Assembly (NCBI RefSeq): GCF_964204645.1
Contig: NC_134026.1
Span: 28,988,150-29,052,149, forward strand
Direction of reading: 5' to 3'
Length of the DNA stretch: 64,000 nt
DNA from: Tubulanus polymorphus
Taxonomy: Eukaryota > Animalia > Nemertea
Of the stretch, positions 54,019-64,000 are shown one piece after another. Each line of letters begins with the position of its first letter. Position 1 is the stretch's first letter. Below the pieces are notes generated by a model. It saw only the letters and a list, made by a program, of their open reading frames with translations, had not been told where the DNA came from and ran no database searches. A program made the position numbers and the translations under genes.

Positions 54019-57000
54019 AAAGATGCCAAATATATTAGATATAAGTTAATTATGATAATATATAAACATTGATGACCAGATTGCATTTATAATATATATT
54101 TCGACGCCCGGTCATTGAACAGGTTGATTTCGGGTATTCATTTCAAAAATGATTATCTGGAACGTTGTAAAATTGTGTAAAATGCTACAAGTTCTATTGT
54201 TGCAAAACTGATTTAGTTTGTTTAGAACAATTATACGTATATATTAATTATTTTATGTTTTTTAAGTTATAATCCGGGATATTGTATTCACCAGACGATA
54301 TTTACAGTTCCCTCTGGACGTGTGTCAAAATAATGTCTATATACGTAGCATGCAGGCGTGTGTAAAACGTTTGGACTCTGTTCAAACCCGGGACTTACTA
54401 ACTTCATTGTGCTTCATTTCCAAAAATTCATTATCTAGTTGAGTAGATGTCAGTTGAAAAAAAAAACAAATATCGTCAATAATGAAAAAAATGTATACAT
54501 TTCAATGTTCAGCCTTTCCAATTGGAAAAAAGCAGTCCAAAATTAGATATGATAATGTTGTGACGAGTACATGAAATTTGTAAGATCTAATTTTTACGGC
54601 ATCACTCTTGTATCTTGTGTCATTGTTTATAATTATCATGAGTATTTAATATACAGTAGCTTTTCACTTTATTGTATATTGTGCAAATCATGAAGTTCGG
54701 TGATTCATATACATATATATCTATATATAATATAATATATACATCATTATAGACTAAAATCCCATTTTTTGGTGGTTGCATATTTAAGTGGCATTTTTGG
54801 AGAGTGTTGGCTTGTATTTATAAATTCATAATAAGTATTTTTCTATTTCCCCTTTTATTGTGTAACTATACTGCAATTCTTTGACCGCTCAAACCCTTGT
54901 AAAATGTTCCCCTTGTTATCAAAACTTGTAACGACTTTATATTTGAGCCATCTACTACTAAAAACTGATTTTTGTTGGGCATTTTGTGATATTTATAAGT
55001 ATATATATACATATATATATTATAAATAATTGGTATTGCGTACGATTCGCGCGGTATGTGGTATAAATTTGTTACAATGATTTTGAATTCATTGTTGTAT
55101 ATTATTATACTCTATCGCATTCAATCGTTCAACATTTTTCATCGTTCTGTGTATTTGAAATTGAACCCTCCTTGAGATGTCAATGCCAGACAAACCACCA
55201 CCCTCACTTGCTAGGGTTACTCTGGCGATCGGGGATGGATTGAAAACACAATTATAGAGATAAATGTAGTGTTTGCTATTCATTTGCAATAAATATTTTT
55301 ATCAGTTAAGTAAAATATAGTTCGTAATATCTTCATTACTTTCTGTTTTTTTTTCCAACCTCATTTCTTCAAAATTGTATACTTCTATATAGCGTATCAA
55401 AGAACTTTTCATTTCTCAAGTCGGCGGATTGTGGTGCAGATTATTTCCGGTTTCTCTGTCCATGGCGACGAAGATTCTTTAGAAGAAAAAGCGAGGAAAC
55501 TTGAAAATATATCCGAAAAGCTGATGGGCATACAAACAAGGTAATACGTAGGTTTTTTACAAGCTAAGAGGATTTGACTGAGTCCCGAAGGAATGAACTG
55601 AAACAATAGAAATATGATGATATTCTGTTGATACGCGGATCCCAGTTCGACTATTACGATTCATGATTTCGACGGTTGAATATTTCAAAATGAACGCGTT
55701 TTGACCCCAGCGTCAAATTTAACTCATAACCGCGGCGAAGGATCTATTCAACAAGCAACGCATCAGCAGATAAAAACAAGCTGATTCATTTAGTTTCATT
55801 AAATCAGAATACATAAAAGGTTTGCTTGAAGCAAAAACAGTAAGATGACAGGATTGGGCTTGATATGCAAGCTAGAGTCTGACCCCGAGCACCGAGGTGA
55901 TCCGATACCTGGTAGACGATTTGTTGGCTTTCGACCACCAAATTTTGAAAATTCAGCGCCGCTGAAGTTTTTCAAAATTTCTGCTGTTCACAACCCTCAA
56001 TAATGCGAACTTCTATCCACAATACGTCGGACGCATGGCAAATCTTAATTTCCATTCGACGCCTATAATACGAGGGTTGTATGGGATGACAATCGGGGCG
56101 TCTAACTCGAAGATAAAAGATAGTAAAACAAAACAAAATGCCCATTTTCAAACGACAATACTCTTATTACTCGAGTCATGTGTTGTTCTTCAATTCTCGA
56201 TGAAACTTTGAATCATCAGCCACGCTTAACAGAATTAAACATCAAACCTTACCACTGTGACAATATTAGCAAAATCATTAGCCTGAAGGTAATAAATATG
56301 TTGGACAGTAATATATGAGGAAGGTAGGAGGTACCACCCCCACAAACAAACCATTAGTTTCACTCGATAATAATATATCATATACTGCACTGAAATGCGC
56401 TAAACATATTCCATCATTGCGACGCGAAATGAATTTTGTATGACGGAATATAGAGAAAGAAATACCAGAAATCAGCTTCGATTTTCATTCTAAATATTAC
56501 TTCACAATCACAAATATTACTTTACAATGGAAGAAGATCAGAAGATATCTATTTCGCGTAGGATCTGAAAATTGATTCTCCGCGGACCTCAACATCAACC
56601 GACACAGAGATGAAAAAATTACCCGGCACTTAACATCTACATTCTGTACCCCGTTAGTAATAAGGTAAAAATAAACATAATTCGTGTCCTGATTCGTTTG
56701 TGTAGAGAATAACGTCCTCCAAAAAATAACTGCAACGTATGGGGTAATCTGCTAATGTACTCTTACGAATTATCAAAAATTGCTGTTATGCAAAAAAAGT
56801 ATGCAACATGATTGTGTATAAATATATTTTGGCAGTCGTTTGAGCCTTGTCGGTGCAGTATGCGAGGGCGGTTATAATTAATTACTCAGTTTGAATGTCA
56901 AACACCCAAAGCATTCATCACAATGGTAAATATCCAACCGAAGTTTCTATTCGTATTTTTTGTCACATAGAACCTTACACTTAAGGTGATTTGAAGGCAA

Positions 57001-58723
57001 CTGACTGATCAAGTTCAAGTTCAAGATCGTGAATAACCCGAGTAGAGTGATTTCTTAAAGGTCTCCAATGTTTTGGGCACTTATGTGGTTGTCATGTTTA
57101 CAATGGAATTATCTGCCTGCCTTACCATCGGTGAAACAGCATGATATAGAAAATTCCACACTAAGAATGGAAAAATATTAAGTCCGAAATGTTTCCTCGA
57201 GTTTAATTCGGCGTTCGCTAGCTCAAGGAAACCTTTCTAAATTTCATTCTTAGCGATTTATTTTCTTAGGGATTTTCTATATTATTTGCCTGCCCGATCA
57301 GCCCTGATAAACCCAGAGGAATCGACAAAAAGTCATCAACAAGGAGAAAGATCTTCTCTTTTCTATAGAAAATCAGTTTTCTGTACCTTAAACTGATATA
57401 GTTCGTCAGAATCCAATTCACGATACAGCGAGCGGGTAAGCGGGAACACCGATGGTTCGAGGTGTTGTTCAGTCTTTTCATATTTCTCCGATGAGAATTT
57501 GGTAAATGTCAAAATGCTAGTCAATAGAAAATAGTTAATGTGCTCTCGGTATGGCGTAAAGCTAATGATGCTGGATTAGTTAGTTATCACGTGCGGGACA
57601 GCAAATACTTCAGCAGCTCACGCGTGGGTGAATTCAACTAGTGTGAGTCAATGAGAGAAAGAACTTTGACATTTTATAATGTACACTGTAGTAACTTCCC
57701 GTGTTCAGCTTTCAATAAATCTGCGGTAAAGATGAAAGTCAACTGTGTGTAGGACAGTGATCAAGACTTACAAAAGCTCGGGGATTTTAAAGTTATTAAA
57801 CAGCCCCCGCCAATCCCATCCTTCTTTCCGTGTGTGTAAGTGTCATCGCGCTAACAGTTCTGAGTCAGAGGGTAATGATGAGTTTATTCTACAGCAGACG
57901 AATCGACGCGAGATCTTTCCTATCCGTCACTTGGACCCTAGTACCACCTCAACGTCTTACTAGGGTATCCATAGATGATACGAGATTGGAAAATGTGGAT
58001 TTTCTAGAAAGGATGTTAGAAGTTTTATTTCTAAGATAATAAGCATGTACACGTAGGAGTAACTGGAAAACAGTGTGGTGTGTGTGAAATGACTGCATGG
58101 TAAGTCTAGCGGAGGAGGGGTCTCTGATCATTTCACATATCGATGCTCACGATCTACAATCATCTAATCTATCGAAAATTGACAGAATGAATTATTGATA
58201 TAATATGTAGAAGTACCTCATGAAAACTACTGAACTATTTAAGTAGTTTGTACCAAAATAAGTCATAAAACTGTCATTGGTAATAAACAATCTCTTGATT
58301 TTTATATTTTCAATTTCATTTCTGATAATTAGTTGCGTTGGCTCAATGTCCCTCTGAGGACTATGTACAGGGTTGATTGTTTATTTCCATTATGTCCGGT
58401 CCATGTACGGTACCCTAGATCAGGGCTTAAACTCAAAAATAATTATTAAACTCCTTAAAACAATAGGATTGTACATGTATGCGGTTAATGGTAGATTGGT
58501 TCGATCAATGGAAGACAAAAAGCTGCATCTGGAAAACTGCTACTATAAGAATCACAATTTTTCATGTTTTATGAGCGATTTTACGTCACATGTCCGCGAG
58601 CTTGTCAGTCAACGACTAGTTCTATTATCGACCGTAGATGTCGCGCAATGCTGGCGTTAAATAGAGAAGTCCGGAGTAAAACATATAACTTTAAAAGTTT
58701 ATTGCAACAAAATAACAATTATA

Positions 58724-58726
58724 ATG

Positions 58727-58756
<30 letters not shown>
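58724..58756. repeat. (AAT)n microsatellite
   Basis: Direct observation. Confidence 0.9.
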
Positions 58757-58758
<2 letters not shown>

Positions 58759-59564
58759 GCCGACTGACCGTCTATCAATCATTGAAGCACAAAACAATAA
58801 ATGGGAAATATCTATTTCATTAGTACTTTGTACCATCAATACATCAAAAACTAACAAAACAGGGATCTAAGTGGTGCGGTAAGCTCAATTTCAGATATGA
58901 AAATGCATAAAATGCACAAGAAGAACCCAAAAATTAGGTTAGTTAGTACTTAGACATATACAATGAAAATGGATTAAGATATTAATACAACCATGGTTGA
59001 CAATTGCCGTTTTTTTTACAAATTCTTCAGAAGAGATTTTTTAAATGATTTTACATCATTGAAGAAAAACTTATTGTACACATGGTAATAATGATGATAA
59101 ACTTTTGTATCTAATTGTAAACTTTTTTTATCTATCTGCACCCAATAAACACAGAACCCGAGGGTTAAATAATTGGAACTAAGGCTAAAAAAATTGATAC
59201 CTTGTTTCTCATCTCAGCTGATCTTAAAAGTTGACCCAGCTATATACCCTCTACATTACTAACTTTTTTTAGAAATTATGATCAAGCTTACCATGACAGA
59301 CCAGACACTTTTCGAAATGAACTGCTTACAAATTATATTGCAGCATACAAAATGAACCAGTCGATCAGGAGAGATAAGGTATCAATGTATTTATGCCTAA
59401 TTTTCATCTTTTAACTCAAAATCAACGGACATGATGTATGGAATTAGATCCTGGGTTCAGAGTTACATTCAACTCAGATTTAAAATAAGTTCATTTTGAA
59501 TAAATCAACTCTACCATGTAGAATTCATCGAACGTAGTTCTATATCTAATTCACTATAATTCAG

Positions 59565-60299
59565 TCATGGCAAAATCTCTGGTCCTTTATAAGAAGACGT
59601 TTCACACCAGAACTCTGATGGTTGCGGTATTTCTAGTAGCCATGCAATGTCCGATGTTTGGCCACTCTGATGTTGTATCGGTATCTCTTGGTAATAATGA
59701 CACACTTGACCTTTATCATAATCATACGGTGGAGCGAGAATATCCAGAAATGCAGCAGGTCCATTTAGAGACGTTATTTCATGAAAATTTCCGTCAGTTG
59801 GAGTTAACAAACAAGGCTCACTTTCTGTGTTAAATTCACAAACTTGCGAAGGTCTCACTTCCTTGATATAGTTCTGAATTTGTAATCTGGTGAAGTTTGA
59901 TGTTATTTCTTTAGGGATTTTGGTAGATACATGTGGTGTAGATTTAAATGCACCGCTATATTGTTTAACTTTCAGAGTACCGTGTATAACTTTACACACA
60001 CCATGCATATTTGGATGGTCATGAAGAGGCAAACTAACACCGTTTTTTAAGACGAATATACCTATCGATACAATCTCATCTTCCCAGATAGGTACATAGA
60101 CGACAGGAGCAAAATTGCTGGTTTGTTTATAAAATGTAGGATCTGCAACGAGCTCTTGGTCAAAATTTAAATCAGCAGCAGTGACCTGCTTCATCGTCTT
60201 GGACAACAGAGTAATCTTTTCTTGAAATAAAGCTCCTTTAGTGTGTTTTGAAAAGGTTTGTTGAGCCATTTTGACAACTTTTTGTATGAGGGCCGCCAT
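59565..60299 (-). CDS. ADO: 2-aminoethanethiol (cysteamine) dioxygenase, intronless
   Basis: Starts MAALIQKVVKMAQQTF; cupin motif LPLHDHPNMHGVCKVIHG; GNFHEI; AFLDILAPPYD; FWC..SYKGP. I place the start at the ATG at 60299; the ORF track's upstream TTG start is unlikely. Confidence 0.95.
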   Translation of the reverse strand: MAALIQKVVKMAQQTFSKHTKGALFQEKITLLSKTMKQVTAADLNFDQELVADPTFYKQTSNFAPVVYVPIWEDEIVSIGIFVLKNGVSLPLHDHPNMHGVCKVIHGTLKVKQYSGAFKSTPHVSTKIPKEITSNFTRLQIQNYIKEVRPSQVCEFNTESEPCLLTPTDGNFHEITSLNGPAAFLDILAPPYDYDKGQVCHYYQEIPIQHQSGQTSDIAWLLEIPQPSEFWCETSSYKGPEILP

Positions 60300-60825
60300 C
60301 TTGGAGGCGATTTTGGATGTGGTTTCGTTTACGACAATGTAATTCAATTCGTGCAACCCAATCTCTCAATCGAAGGTAGTAGGCCAATCAGGAAATCGTC
60401 ATCATCAATTTTTGAAAAAAATATCAATCATTTCAACTAATATTTAATAAGTAATTAAATTTTACGACAGTTTTCCAGACCCCGTTACGATAAAGGCTTG
60501 ACCTACTTTCGTTTCAATCAGGAAATGAATTAAAATGTTATGAATGAATGAATTAGTTGCATTTAAGCTATTTGAATTTTGGTGGTGACATATTGATTTA
60601 TTTTTTGATTGAAGTAAAGAGGTAAGTCGTCTGTAAAAACCTTTCCAACTCCGGAATGTCAGTCAGTTGTTATTACCACCATACTATTTACCACCAGAGA
60701 CCGATCCATACACCTGCTCCCTCAAGGCTTCAAGCCTTCAGTCTTTCAAATGTAATTAACGCTGCCAACATATTTTTAATTCTAGCTTAAGAAAGAAGAA
60801 GAGATCAGTATAATTGCTAGGCAAA

Positions 60826-63534
60826 ATGAGCTGGTAAGTTTATCACAACAATTCACATTTTTTAAATTATAGCCTACAACAAGTTAGTTAGTTACCTAAT
60901 CACGATAGGTAGAACACAATATCCGTGTTGACGCGATGAGGAGAGAATCCCAGAATGATAATAAAAAGTCCGAAAATGAAACTTCGAGATAGTAGTTTAT
61001 TTCAACGTTTCGACTATATCCTAATAGTCATCTTCAGGAATAATATTCATTATTATTCAGAATGCATGCTTCAGGAATAATATATACATTATTCCTGAAG
61101 ATGACTATTAGGATATAGTCGAAACGTTGAAATAAACTACTATCTCGAAGTTTCATTTTCGGACTTTTTATTATCATTCTGGGATTCTCTCCTAGTTACC
61201 TAATCGTTGGTGGTAAGCTTTTTATTATCGGATGGGCTTATATGTGGTTTGTGAAAATATCCGATCGTGTAACTAAACCACAGACAGGTTACTGACTAAC
61301 AACAAGTCTGAATTACCAGACGATGTATAGGTTCCCTTGGGAACGATGGCTTAGCCTACAACGCTGGATTCCTTTTGAATTGTTCAAAAATCAAAAGAGA
61401 GTGTGTTTATTTCTCTAAGGTTGTTATTTCTTATCTAAAATTGAATTAGAATAACTCTTTCATCCTCCCTACTCACGAGAATATCTTCTTTTACATTATA
61501 TTTATGTTTCTTTGCTATGATATGTGACTCCTGTTAGATGATATTCCTACCAGTGTCTGCATGAGATGTTACTGATCTGTTGATATGATATATGATCTTC
61601 ATTGTCTATTGTGAAAAATACAAGGACTAATATGATAACTTTTTTTGAGCCGTGTTTCAGTAAACATATCCCACATGACTCTCTTGTTCTGATATTTCAG
61701 GAATCCGTTTAAACGAAATGATGCTCCAAGACGAAGTGTCATTTCTAAATCTGTAAGTGTTCAAATCGCTGTCTTAGTTCTACCGTATTTCTATTCAGCA
61801 AGAGGACTATAGTACGTTCCATTTTACGTGTAACCAAAATTACAGTATTTCAAGTGAGCCAAACTACTATTGAATTTTTTTCAGGCGGAAAGAGAGTTTG
61901 AACGAGATGTCAAGAAATTGGAAGAGTAAGATTTTATTTGAATTTTTGCTGTTTGAACAGAAAATGGCGATAACTTAACGATAAAGTTTCATAAAGAAAT
62001 TAGATATGATGATATGATCTCCACCTACTAATCAAAGATACATCTTACAAGATATCTGATTCTGTCTAGACAAGATACCTACGCATTTCACCTGCTAAGT
62101 GTTCAGTTGTTCCTTGCTTCACAAAGATCTGCGAAAGTTAGTTGAATTTTCTATTGCCATGAATGTACCTTTTTTAGGTTGGATGAATGCGGCAAGAAAT
62201 TGAACAAAGATACTAAAAGATGCATTGAAAACTCAGGAAGTACGGTACCTGCTGATCTGAAAAATGTTCCTTCTTGTGATTTATTCAAAAGAAATTAAGT
62301 TGGACGTTTGAGCAAAAAAAAAATGTCTGTATTTTTGTTGTAGCACTTGTAAAAACTGAATTGAAGTTATCACAAGATTTGACACAGAGCAGTTTGTATC
62401 AAACAGATGAGCAATTCAAGATGTTAACTGATGATTGGGCACATGCTATTACACGATTAGATCTTCTGACACAAGAGAAGGTATATAAAATAAGATGTGT
62501 AAAATAGAAACATCACCCAGCTTCTTATATGACTAGCTGTTGAATTTACCAAACTTTTCAGAATGCAGTTCATACCAAGACAATGGTGGAGCCACTAAAA
62601 AAGTGAGAGAAACATCAACTTCATTTAATAATGTACTTTTAGTTTTGCTGAATTAATGTAATATATCAGTATCTCATTGTAAATTGATAATAGATTCAGC
62701 AGTATATTTCCTGGTATGAGGGCTGCCGTTAAGAAACGTGAATCAAGTCTACAAGAATACACTCGATGTCAAGAAAAAGTAGATAGATATCGAGAACGTG
62801 AAAGAACTGGGCCAAATATTGTCAAACTAGAGCAGGTTCATTTCAACTCTAAAAAGATTGTATCGAATAGATGAATATCCAAAATATCTATTGATATCTT
62901 TTTTTCTATGTATTGTTCATTTTAGAGTAAGAAAGCTTTAACCGTTGCTAAGGAAGATTTTGAGACACAGAATCAGATTCTGAGGGAAGATTTACCGCGG
63001 CTGTACGAGGGGAGGATCGATTTCTTTGAACCTTGTTTCCAGGCACTTATTAAGACGCAGGTACAGTATATTGTAACATGAGAGAAGTATCCGCTTATTC
63101 TTTATGAAGCGCTCAAGCATGTACAGTCAAAACCCACTTCATTTGGATCAGTTTAATCCGGATTTCGATCCAGTCCACATATCATTTATGGTCAATCTAT
63201 ACATAAATTCAACTCAAATATGATGTCAAATCCGGATTTCTCATAAAATTGGATTAAATACATCAGTCCCAAATGATCTGAATTAAACACTTTCTTCATG
63301 TACTGTATTCTAAGTTTGCGGTTACGTATGGAGAAAGTATTGACGATTTCCAAAAAACTGTGATTTGTGATTTATTTTTAGGTTACATATTTCACTGAAG
63401 CACATAAGATCTACTCGGAACTCTCGGGCAAAATGACCTCGGAAAAAGATTTGTTGCTCGATGATAGTTATGAGAATCAACTGGACAATAAATTATCAGA
63501 AATCAGATCACTTTCAATTATTGCTGATGATTGA
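60826..63534 (+). CDS. BIN3: Bridging integrator 3 (BAR-domain protein), 9 coding exons
   Basis: Exons 60826-60833, 61701-61752, 61885-61925, 62178-62239, 62344-62480, 62562-62602, 62694-62835, 62926-63060, 63382-63534. Reads MSWNPFK..EREFERDVKKLEEL..EPLKKFSSIFP..AVKKRE..FEPCFQALIKTQ..LSEIRSLSIIADD-stop. Probable 5'UTR intron 60622-60785. Missed by the ORF track. Confidence 0.95.
60902..61192. mobile_element. Palindromic Penelope-like element remnant with minimal hammerhead ribozyme motifs
   Basis: 106-bp inverted arms 60939-61044 / 61088-61193; 13-bp flanking direct repeat TAGTTACCTAATC; core CTGAAGA-T-GACTAT-loop-ATAGTC-GAAACGTT followed by AATAAA. Confidence 0.75.
61090..61135 (+). ncRNA. 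Putative minimal type I hammerhead ribozyme (mirror copy on minus strand ~61000-61042)
   Basis: CUGANGA box 61095-61101, 6-bp stem II GACUAU/AUAGUC, GAAA box at 61121, palindromic ACGU stem III and GUU triplet. Confidence 0.6.
63124..63306. mobile_element. TA-flanked Tc1/mariner-type MITE in BIN3 last intron
   Basis: TA-CAGT ... ACTG-TA termini with repeated ATCCGGATTT internal motifs. Confidence 0.55.
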
Positions 63535-64000
63535 TATTAACAACCGTTTCTGAAATTGCGATTTGAAGTTGTGATATGAAAATTATATTTTAGCATATAA
63601 TCATGCATGTAGTCAATTTAAAACAATTCTAAAATGTTGCCATAAATTCGGTGTTTGATATTTTATTCACTGATAGTCATTGTTTAATGCAACGTTGATA
63701 TATTTTTACTTTATATAAATAAATGTATATGTATATATAAAAAAATGAATGCGTATTACTGTTTCATGTTCTATTGATCAAATCCTATGTCCTGTCTGGA
63801 TTGCATAGAAAAATAACCGCGACACTGAAATATGGGATTCGAACATGATGGTATATTTAGAACAGCTGCAGCGTAACAAATTTACTGAAGAATTGTCAAC
63901 CAAGTGATAAGCTCTTTAGTTTTTGTCATTTTTCAGGTAAGTGTTTCACTTTTATTCACACAAAAATAAAGAACCTGACCCTCATTAAAACTGTCTGATT

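Noticed and set aside
60300-60356. N-terminal extension of the ADO ORF
   Set aside because: Depends on a TTG start; ADO homology begins at MAALIQK.

Overview
Eukaryotic (invertebrate, probably lophotrochozoan; AT-rich, mostly short GT-AG introns) genomic window. I spliced the gene models by hand. In order: first coding exon of an ERK/MAPK1-type kinase (minus strand, rest outside the window), head-to-head with EMG1/NEP1; a 22-exon, ~1,646-aa type II membrane protein I cannot assign to a known family (NPxY-bearing cytoplasmic tail, TM, SEA domain, 57-bp mucin VNTR, second SEA domain, ten 6-Cys repeats); a Gfo/Idh/MocA myo-inositol dehydrogenase-like gene (minus); a secreted PEBP4-like gene; a ~21-kb gene-free stretch; an EGR zinc-finger immediate-early gene with a CArG/ETS/CRE promoter; intronless ADO (minus); and BIN3. 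The order PEBP4-like>EGR><ADO BIN3> combines the human PEBP4-EGR3-BIN3 and EGR2-ADO neighbourhoods (recalled, not checked). Introns hold several MITEs and a TSD-flanked palindrome with minimal hammerhead-ribozyme motifs typical of Penelope-like elements.
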